Part shown: one piece after another, positions 47,834 to 59,035 of the stretch
Layout: each line of letters starts with the position of its first letter
Position numbering within the stretch: the first letter of the stretch is position 1
NCBI RefSeq assembly: GCF_030144855.1
Contig: NW_026781450.1
Location: forward strand, 62,001 to 126,000
DNA length: 64,000 nucleotides
Source: Hypanus sabinus
Lineage: Eukaryota
Reading direction: 5' to 3'
The notes under the pieces: model-generated
The model's database searches: none
What the model was told of the DNA's origin: nothing
Seen by the model: only the letters and a program-made list of their open reading frames with translations
Program-made: the position numbers and the translations under genes

Positions 47834-48359
47834 CGCTACTACAAGCGCAGAAGTATACGGCGTTTTGGGAGGACGATGCCCGCCTCAGTTCCAGTTTAAA
47901 CAGCGTGTCGCTGGGTCTTGTCGCCGCGTAGGAATCAGATGTGTAGTTCATAGCTGAACCTTGCCCAACAGAATTGAAGAGAACATCAATTGCCCGGCCG
48001 GATCGCTGTCTGTACCAGTACATACTTGGATAGCCCGTGTTCAGCAGCGTACACGAGAGAGTGGCCGGCTCTCCCTCTGCGATTGACAGGGAGGAAGGCG
48101 ATTGCTCCAAGTAGGCGGTCAGAATCCCTGTGGGACAGAAATCAGATTAGACTCCAATTTATCTCAATTGATCATCAAAGGGAGCGGAAGCAAGACAGAT
48201 GGAAGAGTTTGGTGTTATCGACAGACCATGGCCACTCTCCGATTAACCCGGAGATTCGCACTGTTGTGCGATGAGCAATAGGCGTGATGTCGGATCCTCA
48301 CCCGATGACCATGGCCGAATGGTGGGTCAGTCTCGATGGGATGAATAGCCTAACTCAAC

Positions 48360-48450
<91 letters not shown>

Positions 48451-49030
48451 ATCTCCCCCCGCCCACCTTTTTCTTTCTTGTAGCGCTGACAAGCAAACAC
48501 AATGTCTGCGGAGAAGGGGCTTGTACTCTCGAAAGACACCGGCCGCTCTGCGACCAACACAACGAACTGCTGTGAGATATGAGACACCCAAACGCACGAA
48601 GGCGCTGATGTACACGTACTCGAACTCGGGCAAAAGCTGATCCATCGAACCGCAGTGAGGAACCGGGGTAAAATGCCGTTTAACAACGCACACATTTGTT
48701 CTGAGTTCAATTCCCCTCGCATCCTACAAGAAACCCCCGATATCCTCTCAGAGCTTCGTGGCAGAACTGAAGGACCCCACAGGGGGTCACTCTGACAAGC
48801 GCGTTACATATTTATCTGTCATAAAATACTTTGTCATTTGTTGAAAGGGAGACATGAAATCATTGGCCTCTTGGGGAGAAAATCTACCAAGAAGAACCCA
48901 CGTTCGATACTGCACCTCGCCTTTCCACAAAGGGCATTTTACACCCCTTGACACCAGACCTGCGATTTTAAACTTACGCGGGATCACCGCCACGATCAGC
49001 GGGAATGCAAAGCCTGGCCGTCAGCATCAT
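47834..49030 (-). pseudogene. TRBV: TRBV segment V16 (group A): intact V exon and RSS, +1 frameshift in leader
   Basis: V exon 48127-47834: ILTAYLEQSPSSLSIAEGEPATLSCTLLNTGYPSMYWYRQRSGRAIDVLFNSVGQGSAMNYTSDSYAATRPSDTLFKLELRRASSSQNAVYFCACSS. RSS: CACAGAG, 23 nt, ACAAAAACC. Leader 49030-48978 is 53 nt (phase 2; tgc ATTC ccg vs tgc ctc ccg), out of phase with the acceptor. Confidence 0.82.
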
Positions 49031-49269
49031 TTACAGCGCGAGGATACCTCCGCTGTGTGGAATCGAGTGATGTTCCGTTTCAGCTCACGGGGAAGTCTAT
49101 CTGCGTGGCCTGAGAAAGCAATTCTCCCATTGGCTCCGTGGCAATCGTGTCACTTCCGCAAATATATTTGCCTTTTTGGAGCGATTTACAGTGCTGACAA
49201 GCTGTGATGAGACCCGAGTTCCACGCATGCGCTACAGGCAAGTTTGGATGATTCCAAGCTGAGAGGAAA

Positions 49270-49745
49270 TAACAATAGACAATTGACAATAGGTGCAGAA
49301 GTAGTAGACCATTCGGTCCTTCGAACATGCACCCCCATTCTGAGATCATGGCTGATCATCTGCTGTAAATACCCCGGTTCCTGCTTTGTCCCCCTATCCC
49401 TTGACACCCCTATCGATAAGATATCTATCTAGCTCCTTCTTGAAAGCATCCATTGGCCTCCACTGCCTTCTGAGGCAGTGCATTCCGCACCCCCACAACT
49501 CTCTGCGAGAAGAAGTTTTTCCTTCACTCTATCCTAAATGACCTGCCCCTTATTCTTAAACCATGCCGTCTGGCACTGGGACACTCCCAGCATCTGGAAC
49601 ATATTTCCTGCCTCTGTCTTGTCCAATCCCTTAATCATCTTACATGTTGCAATCAGATCCCGACTCAATCACCTTAATTCCAGAGTGTACAAGCTCAAAC
49701 TCTCTAACCTCTCTGCGTCCAACAGTCCGGACATCCCAGGAATGA
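49270..49745 (-). mobile_element. CR1 LINE 3' end
   Basis: Minus strand has cttgtacactctggaattaagg...aaaaacttcttctcgcagagagttgtg...aggcagtggaggcc; tail ctattgtcaattgtcta at about 49276. Confidence 0.8.
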
Positions 49746-52569
49746 AAATGGGAATTAGGTTCCAAATACTCGTTAATGACCCCAAATAAATGCATTACCA
49801 GATTAGAGCCGCTAGTTACTTCTCTTACAATTCCGTGATCCGGGAATCAATTCCTTGCCAGAAAGTAATCGGCCTTCGCCATGACCGCAGAGCAAGGCGG
49901 AGTGTAGCCGCCATCTTGTTTCCTTCAGTGTTGAGGTGAGTGAAGTTATTCTCACTGGCTCCGGCTCTTGACTCAGTGTTGGCAACGTCACTCAGCTCAG
50001 TATCTGAGTGTTTGGAAACATAGGGAATCTCTTTAAATTTTTCACAGACTCTGATCTCAATGATATTACGTACATATTTAACGTTGTTTGCTTATTGTGC
50101 CTTTGCACAGTTGGCCTTCATTTAGAAATTGTTTGTCCATCTCTTTTCACGGGCGCTATTGGTTTATTTTAACACATCTGTAAATACCGGAAATTAATCT
50201 CAGGGTAGCTTGTGGTGCCACGAGTATGGAGTTAAACAGAGAAACCGGACCATAACGGGGCCATAATTGGGTAGGTTGTGATGCGGAGAGTCCACATTAT
50301 TGCACTCCTCTCGTACAAACGGCCTGTTGGAGAGGTCGGAAATCAAACGGGAGTGATTGTTCTTGAGTGGTGTCTGGGATCTTTCATTACGCTGGTTGTT
50401 TTAAGGAAGTGGATGGGCTCGGGCGGCAGAAGAAAAGGGCCAGACAGGCAGTGGCTACTTTTTTGGTACAGGAGGCATCGGAAACAAAGTCCACCTTTTT
50501 GCCAAGTGGTCACAGTTTCGCTGTACTGAGGGATCGATCCGGGCTGGGTCGGCCGGTTCAGGAACCGGATGGTTGAAGGGAAGCCGCTGCCCCTGAACGA
50601 TGTGGTGTAGGGACTTCAATTCTCTTCCTCCTGCCCGGTGGGAGGTGCGGGGAGAAGACACAGACCGGATGGTGGTGGTGGTCGGGGGGGGGGGGGGGGG
50701 TTCTTTCATGGTGGTCGTTGCCTTCCTGAGTCAGATCCCCTTGTGGATACTCAAACAACCACACATTTCAAGAGTAGAGGTCAGAAGATCTGCACGGATG
50801 TCGACGCATGAAGTGGATGGGCGGCAGAAGGCCTCCATATTGTACTTTTAAAACTTCTTTTTTCGTTTCCGGTACGGAAGACCCTACGGGGCATTATTAT
50901 TTCAGGAAAATCAGGTCCACCCCATGGGCGTGTAGCTCTTGACAGAGAAACTGAAGGAGCAGGACGTGGTGAGGCCTGTGTCAGAGAGGAGCCGGATGTA
51001 TCGGTGCCCGAGGGAGATGAGCAGACGTACAGCGATCACTGATTTCCGGTGTCCTGCAGGACAATGTTAACGTGGAAGGCAGCAAAATAGGTTTCGCTGA
51101 TTTATCAGCAGACCGTAGGAGCAAACAGCGCGGATGCTCCGTGGCCTCGGTAGGACAATAGACTCGGCCTGAAGCCACGTTGACGCCCGTTGACTCCCGA
51201 CCAGCAGAGAAGCGTCGGAGTCCGTAAGCTCCACCGTAGTCAGTGTGGTGCGGCGTCCAGGTTTCAGTCGGTGCTGCGCCCTAGCGTCCAACTGGCAGAC
51301 AAAAAGTTGTATTGTGTCGGACGGCAGGTTGCTGCAACATCCATGAACACGTGACCGTTAGAATATATATTTCAGGTGACAGTATTTCGCCCTGTGCTTT
51401 GTGTGATTGATGGTACTGTGGCTGTCATCCTGGCCCCGGAGTTACACTGTCTCGTTTGGCTCTAATAATGGGTATCGATATATGTTTTAGTAACAATTAA
51501 AATTAAACTTTAACGCGAAATTCACCTTGAAATGCCTATGAAAGTAAAGTCAATGTCCACGGTCCAGGTAACCGGGCAGCAGAGAGGCGGCTTATTGTCC
51601 GATAAAAATACCACAGCACGCAGAGAGAACACGTATGATGACAGAGAGAACTCGTAATGCATGCGCAACTCTGGGCATTTTGGGGCTGTCGCGATAAAAC
51701 ACCGCCAGCTGGATAAACGAGACGGCAGCAGCACGAGCCACTTTACAGCCTGTAATGAGCACTCCGGGCCTGTGCGGGGAGCCAGAGAGCGTCGTGTTCC
51801 GAGGTTTTAATCTGGACGTAAAGCACAGAACAGTTCCTACCGACTGACCGAGTCAAGTCGCCCTGTAACCAGTCTATTTTAACAGTTCCCTAATCACAGT
51901 ACAATGAACCTACTAACCGCTACTTTGATCACTTGAGTGGAAACCGGAACACCCGGAGGAAACCCACGTCCTCAAGTGAAGGACGTAGAAACTTTTCCAC
52001 GCACGCGCACAATTATTTCTTCTTTCTCCCTTCCCTCAACAGCAAGCGGCATCAATCATCATGGATTATGCCATCCATCCAAGGTTAAGTTCGTTACAGT
52101 TGGGATGGAGATATGGGAGCCTTAAATCCTGCACCAGATGTTAGTAAATAATTCAGGGCGCCAGATTCAGCGCAAGGTTTTCAAAATGCAGGTGCTGTTC
52201 CGACCGAGGATTCTGCATTCGCGGCTCAGTAGCGCCCTCTGCAGCAATCTCGGATCATCCTCAGGATCAGAAAGGAGATAAAGAAGGCCAACCCATGAGG
52301 TCAACCAGCAACCTGTATGTAATTGGCAGAGGGGTTCAGAACAGCGGGTGAGAAAGCAACGGGGCTTGCGACCGTAAGTGGATCCGACGTATCAAAGAAT
52401 ACGGGACTAATCAATTCTCTCGGCATCTTGCTGCTTTCCGACTTTGCCGTGCCGCTGTCTGAATTTTCCCTTTCAGACTGCGAAGTATTCGCTTTCAATG
52501 TGAATTAATGTCGCCACCAACTGCCCTGTTGAGTTTTTCTCGGGCCCTCCATCGTCGTCAGTCGCTGTG

Positions 52570-53349
52570 CAGACTGCGAGAGCAGAAATATGTGGCCGTG
52601 TGGTTCAGCTGCAGGCGAGAGGCGCTCAGAGTGAAGGCGCCGTTAATCGGCCGGTTGGCAGTGAACCCCTCCACCTCCGTGTCCTGGGCCACGCTTCGAG
52701 CAGCCATGGAGTAGAATAGGTTCTGCGGCTCCTTCCCCGGGTTCTGCCTGTCCAGTATAGTTGAGAAATTCTGCCGTCCTCAATGACACATTGGAGCGTC
52801 ACCGCCTCGCCGAGAGGCTGAGAAACAACGGCAAGGGTATGGCTCATAATCTCCGAATTCGCATCTGGTAATAGAACGCGGGAAGAAGAAGTTATTCAAT
52901 AAAGATCACCGGACGCAGAGATGAGATGGAGTAAAAGGGAGACGACATGACGGNNNNNNNNNNNNNNNNNNNNNNNNNNNNNNNNNNNNNNNNNNNNNNN
53001 NNNNNNNNNNNNNNNNNNNNNNNNNNNNNNNNNNNNNNNNNNNNNNNNNNNNNNNNNNNNNNNNNNNNNNNNNNNNNNNNNNNNNNNNNNNNNNNNNNNN
53101 NNNNNNNNNNNNNNNNNNNNNNNNNNAGAAGGAGACAGATAGAAAGAGACAGAGGGAGAGAGAGCGAGAGCGGGGGAGAGAGGTTAAAAGGACGGGGTCC
53201 AAGAAGAAGGAAAAAAACATAAAAGAATAGTTGCTGTGAATATGCGAGAAAGACAAAAGGAGAGCAAGGGGAAGATGAATCAATAAAAAAAGCTGTTAAG
53301 TTCTCTTACGATGGAAAAAGGCCGCCAGTGATAGTACCAGGAACATCAT
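52570..53349 (-). pseudogene. TRBV: TRBV segment V17 (group B), 1-nt deletion in WYRQ
   Basis: Leader MMFLVLSLAAFFH 53349-53310. V exon 52864-52570: ANSEIMSHTLAVVSQPLGEAVTLQCVIEDGRISQLYW[-1 at 52751/2]RQNPGKEPQNLFYSMAARSVAQDTEVEGFTANRPINGAFTLSASRLQLNHTATYFCSRSL. RSS: CACAGCG, 22 nt, AGAAAAACT. Confidence 0.88.
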
Positions 53350-55499
53350 TCACTCGAGATGAAGAGACAACGAGTCAAACCTGTCTTGAAGGTGAATCGG
53401 GGAAAGACGGTTGCCAAAGGCTGAGGGTGAACTTCCAGCCCCCCCACCACATTGTCTGCGATTGGCTCACGGGCCCTCCCTCCGCTGAAAGGCGATGATC
53501 GGAAACAGGGAACGGAACGATACTTCTCACAGCCCATGGAGAGATTGGGTCCCGGGTCTAAACTTCCGAGTCGCCTTCATCGATCCATTAAAACTAGAGA
53601 GTTAATTATCTGTCTCTTAACTTCCTGTTGTCTGCCTGTAAAACCTACCTATTTTCTACCTTTATCCGTCTTTCTGTCCGTCTCTTTTGATGGCACCTTT
53701 CATTTAATTGCAGACAACGGCACACCAGCCCCTCCTCCATTGAAAGACGTTGCTTGGAAACAGGGAGAAGCATTTCAAAGGACCTTATCGTGATGGACGT
53801 TTTATGCGTTGGACTTCACGTAAAAACGGAATAACCGCTGACGGACAATCTCAAATCTAGAGAGTTATTCATCTGTCTCTTACCGGCCTGTGGTTTGCGA
53901 TCGATGTGCCTACCTGTATCCATCGTTCGATCGGTCTCCTGAGATGATATCTTGAATATAATTGCACAGACTGCACCTGGATCTTTGATGTTTCTGCTTC
54001 ATGTGAGAGCTCAGTGCGAGATGGAGGCAAGTACAGTCAGCGTACGTGAGACATGAATCCGGTGGTCCACAACACGCGGTCATGTGTGATGCGGTGACTG
54101 GGTGGCTGGACGGCATCTTCCCAACCAGAAGTCAATGCCGACGCTTTTTTCTTAGAGCGCCCTCTGTTCTGGTACTACGGGGTCCTGTGTAATTTAACTC
54201 TATTTGCCTCAGTTTACTCGATGCATCCATGAAGCTTTACCAGCTGTGTACCTGCCCGAATGTTGTAGGTTTACCCTCCTCGACTGCTTTTACCAGCAAC
54301 TCATTCCGCGTATCTGACTTTATTTGAGCATAAACATAAACAGATGTATGTAATTATCTAATTTGGGTTTAATCCCTCCTACCCAGGGGAAATAATGATT
54401 ATGCATCTTGTCTATGCTCCGGGAGGTTTTACATGCCACAATAAAGTCAAAGTCCCTGTCAAAATAAATTTATTATCAAAGTACGTAGTGGCTCCATAGG
54501 CAACCTTGACAGTTACTTAACTGCGGGCATTCAGAGAGACAGGTTAGGGTTAGGGTTGGTGGGGTTAGTAGTCGATTCTGTCGCAGCACCATCAAATTCG
54601 GCCGAATAATCCCGTAGTAGTCGTGACTTTCTCCTTTCCACAAGTTGCTGTGTTAGGGTTATTCCTATCGAGGCCGCAGGGTGGCACTCTACACAAGACT
54701 TTGGTTTTGCCAAGTCCCAGCTGCGGGGTCGCAGAGTAAACAGCTTGCTTGCCCTGTTAATCCCATTCTCGAAATCTGACTCGCATCCAAGTGTTTCGTT
54801 GCCACGTAACCACTTCTGCCGCGCTGAGTTTGCTGCCTGCTGGAGAATCCCGTGCTATACGCTTTCAATTTCCAGTGCAATCGTCGTCCTTGCCGAATTG
54901 CTGGCATGATTATAGCTTGCATGACGGGACTTCTGAAGTTACTTGTAGGAGGTTGCCAGTTGGACCGAAGCGTCTGTTTCAGTAATGCACTAGTATACGA
55001 CGCTACCATCTACACCTCTCAAGCCATAAACATTTCAGCCGAGAGGTCAGCGTCTGTAATGCATATTCTACTGCTCCGCTATTTGCAATTCATGAATAAC
55101 ACGGAAAAAGCACTCTGGACCATCATATACAAAATTAATCTGTCTTTCTGCTGAACATAATCCTTACCTCCCTGTTTATATTCCCCTCTGAGCCTCCCAA
55201 AACGGTACGATGACTCAATCTGTGACACTGAAGTTAGATTGTGGTGTCCAGGACTGAAGGGACAGCTCCGGTTGCCCTGCTGAACTTGGAATGGGGCCCG
55301 GCCTCTAGACTGACATCCGAAACTGCAAATGGATTGATCCAGACACCATTCAAACTCAAAGCTCACAGTGTCGCTGTGACGTATGGTGACTGACGTATGG
55401 TTGAGGGGCGGAGCTTCGTCCGTTCACTCTGACAAGGAATTCAAAAGGTTGTTCGTTCCGAACGCCCTTCCACTTGGAGGAAACTGTCCAAGTTGAAAA

Positions 55500-56161
55500 A
55501 TGTTCCTGTTATTGGAGGTGCTGATCTGGCTTCACGGTAAACTACAGCTTCAATTTGCGATTAGTTCTGCACTACCCTTTCTGTGTTCCGTAAATTCTTG
55601 CACTATATGCTTTACTAACACTCTCTAGCGCTCCTTTCTCGCTTTTCCCATCATTCCGCAATTTGCTATTCAGTTCTCACCTCTGTCCATACAATTATAT
55701 TTATTGTATTCTATTCTCTCACTGTCTCTAAACCTTCCCCATCTCTTTCTCTTTTCCCCTTATGCCTCTGCTTCCCGCATTTATCCTTCTCCCTGTTTGC
55801 GCCCTGTCTCCATGATCCGAAGGTACCTGTCTACTGACTTTATACTCTGCTCCTCTCTTCCCCAGCCGCGAACTCACAAACTATCCGGCAGTCTCCACCG
55901 GCTTTTTCCGGATCTCCGGGGAACCGGATGGCGCTGTCCTGCAACGTGGAGGGCAGCGGCGATTATTACGTGCACTGGTACCGCCAGTACCCGGGGCAGG
56001 GGCCGCAGTTCATGTTCTACAGCAGCGGTGCTAACATTAGGAATCCAGACGGGGAAGTCGATGGATTTACCCTGCAGGCGCTTAAAGATAACGAGAACAA
56101 ACTGGTGACCAACAGCCTGCGGGTGAATCACTCGGCCGTGTATTTCTGCGCCTGGAGTCTA
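55500..56161 (+). CDS. TRBV: TRBV segment V18 (group B), functional, inverted relative to its neighbours
   Basis: Leader MFLLLEVLIWLH 55500-55536. V exon 55866-56161: ANSQTIRQSPPAFSGSPGNRMALSCNVEGSGDYYVHWYRQYPGQGPQFMFYSSGANIRNPDGEVDGFTLQALKDNENKLVTNSLRVNHSAVYFCAWSL. Perfect RSS: CACAGTG 56162-56168, 23 nt, ACAAAAACC 56192-56200. TGACGT and a GC box at 55390-55412. Confidence 0.95.
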
Positions 56162-57546
56162 CACAGTGACGCGCCGAGAGCGAAGAGCTCGACAAAAACC
56201 CCAGACCGCATGTAAATGACGTGGCAGAGAAAACACACTTGGCCCTGTGGTGGCGTATTGTCTATCTTTTGTTTTGACAGAGGAAATGCGATGCAGACTG
56301 GAAGCAGAAGGGTTTTGTAAAAACGGTGAAAGAGCAGATGGGCAATCTTCTGGCAAGATGCCAGCTCCGACACCTGCATTGTGACGTCACGCACAGTCAG
56401 CACTCTCCCAGAAGCCCCGTACTGACAACGATTTACGTGAATATTATGTGGAAAAGAAACAGAGGGATTTCATTGTACAGACGCTCAGTTGCTTCTTCCC
56501 TGTGACCACGCTTCCGTTACCGGCTTTTTTTCAGAACGAATGTTCTTGCTTTATAAAGTCCTTTAATTATTGGAATTGTTATTTTTTTTTTACTTTTGCT
56601 TCCGATCGCATTTATAGTTAAAATTACCCCTCTGGATATCGCCGTCCATAGTTCCATGTTAAAATTATTTTCTCCCACAAAAACAGTCCAGTGCGTCTTG
56701 GTCAAACTTGTGAATTTGATTCACTCAGGTCTTCTTTGGTATCCATGTAGAGATACAGGAATGAATACACCCGTCCTGTCTGCCGAGGCGCGCCGACCAG
56801 AAACCAATTTATTTTAATGCATCCCTAACCTCCGGACAATTTATAATGTCTAATTAACCTACTAACCGCTACTTTTGACTCTGATGGGAAAGCGGAACAC
56901 CCGGAAGAAACACCAGGTGAAAGATGTATAAGGTGTGCGCATGTAAGAGAGAAGGTTTAACATGGGATGGGTTAAAGTGTCGGCGCAACATCGGCGAAGG
57001 ATCGGCTTTTGGGGTCCTGCACGGTTTGATCAACCATAACTGTTTGGCTGGCTGACAAATTGGAAATGTGACAGAATTTAAAAAAAAACACACTGCGGGA
57101 AAGTCTGAAGGGGAACATCGCTTCGGGCGCTTAAAATCCAAATTTCAAAGTAAATTCATAACAAATGACGGATATTGCTCACTGTACTGCCGGGCAATTC
57201 TCAACGAAGCAAACAATAGAATTAATGAAAATCAATGTGCAATGTCTTGACAATCCATCACTCAATAGGAATGAGTTTCACAATCCTGGAAAGTGACTCC
57301 GGACGAGCGTGCCGTTGTGAAACCAATGTTTCTTGAAACTACTGCCCTACTGCAGTAGCGAGTTGCGAACATGGCCTCGACGGCGGAGGGATTGATAATG
57401 GATACTGCTTTCGCCTGGCAGCTTTTCAGGTTAATGCGTTTTGGCTGCACCTGCGGGGTGAGGGGAGAAAGTGGATAGCACGGCTGCGATAAGCCGAGTC
57501 CCGTGGAGCATTTTGTTTGAGGCGGCCGTAGACGTGTGTCGCCGTG

Positions 57547-57831
57547 CGAGACACGCTGCGCAGAAGCAGATAGCCGAATCCGTCTCCTCGCTGCCGTTGA
57601 GTTGCCGAGTGAAGCGGCTCTTTGCACTTCAAGTTTATTGACGAACCGTAGTTCAAACCAGGTGCCGAACTCGCTGCAGAACCACCCCAGACTCCTTCCG
57701 AATTGCCGGTAGCAGTACATATTGTAGCTGCTCATGCCGCCTCCCTCCAATGCACTCAAAAAAGAGATGGTCTCCCGGCCGAATAGTCGCCGCGGTAGGG
57801 AGCTGGACAACTCTCGGTGCAGCTGCCAGTA
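57547..57831 (-). pseudogene. V segment V19 (divergent group C), frameshifted
   Basis: LAAAPRVVQLPTAATIRPGDHLFFEC/LEGGGMSSYNMYCYRQFGRSLGWF.../SRFTRQLNGSEETDSAICFCAACL. Two frameshifts; Trp41 is Cys. RSS: CACGGCG 57546-57540, 23 nt, ACAAAATGC. Confidence 0.75.
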
Positions 57832-58574
57832 CTGGATTAGTATGCAAGAGAAAATAATTCACAGTCAGGAGGCTGATAACGGCATAATATTCCGCGTTTT
57901 ATAAAAGAAACGATATGGGATCCTCTTTGTATCCGTGATGCTATCAGCTGATTCGACCCGCTCTAAGAAAATAATTCGTCAAATTAAAACTCACAATGGT
58001 CCAGAAGAGTCAGGGATAAAGTGAGAAAGGCGAGGGTCACGTCAGCTGGGAAATGCTTTGCCCTTCTGAAAAGCTGTTCGGGAGCGAAAGCGCCCTCTTC
58101 CCTTTCTCACCTCGACTTGTCGGTGGAATGTACCACCGGAAATGACACCTGACCGTGCGTGACAATTGCCAATTGATCGTCTGCTTACGTCATCGAGGAC
58201 TAATTGTCTACATTGGATACAAAAGGTAATTGCCAGGAGTCGTGTATCAGAGAGTGCGGAGAGAGCCCTTCGGCCACATTCTGCTCTGCTGATCAGATTT
58301 CCTATCGAAGGTTGTCGCATTGCCCAGTGATTCGCTCATTTTTCTGATGAAAACTTTCCATTCCACAGACCGGTCTGGATGTCTTTAAGGCTCCTGTAAC
58401 TAATATGCCGTGCCCAATTATTCCGGCACTCTTTGTCGAAACAGAATAATTTAAAGGCCCCTTTTAGCATCCCTGCACTTCTCACCTTAAAACCAGAACT
58501 ACATCTTTTAGATTCGTAGGTTTTGGTCTCCAAATTTGAGGAAGGGCATTCTTGCTATTGAGGGAGTGCTGCGT

Positions 58575-59035
58575 AGCTTCACAAGGTTAATTCGTGGGAT
58601 GGTGGGACAGTCATACGTTGAAAGATTGGAGCGACGGGGCTTGTATACACTGGAATTTAGAAGGATGTGAGGGGATCTGACTGAAACCTAACTGTTAGCA
58701 GGTAACATGTTCCAGATTTTGGGGGGAGGCCAGAACCAGAGGCCACAATTGAAGAATATAGGCCATTTCGAACAAAGTTGAGGAAAACCTTTTTCACCCA
58801 GAGAGTGGTGGATCTGAGGAATGCTCTGCCTCAGAAGGCAGTGGAGGTCAATTCTCTGGATGCTCTCAAGAGAGAGTTAGATAGAGCTCTTAAATATAGC
58901 AGAGTCAAGCGTTATGGGGAGAAGGCAGGAATGGGGTACTGATTGTTGTTGATCAGCCATAATCACAGTGAATGCCGGTGCGGGCTCGAAAAGCTGAATC
59001 GCCTAATCCTGCACCTATTGTCTATTGTCCATTGT
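58575..59035 (+). mobile_element. CR1 LINE 3' end
   Basis: ggcttgtatacactggaatttagaagg, tttttcacccagagagtggtggatctg, UTR and (ctattgt)n tail at 59015-59035. Confidence 0.85.

Larger units (their letters stand above)
3129..53125. other. Eleven short N-runs (about 130-260 nt)
   Basis: At about 3129, 3529, 11472, 14487, 19271, 27696, 39149, 40593, 41081, 46416 and 52954. Most are flanked by simple repeats, and the flanks stay collinear with paralogous copies (e.g. 39149-39318 vs 26290-26330). They are probably unresolved or masked microsatellites. Confidence 0.6.

Noticed and set aside
50900-51300. GC-rich stretch with LTLSC and NVEGS-like words
   Set aside because: No WYRQ, YxC or RSS in register on either strand; cannot be assigned without a search.
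56310-56383. GGGTTTTGT and CATTGTG suggesting a J/D-type RSS
   Set aside because: Spacing is 58 nt and no FGxG follows.
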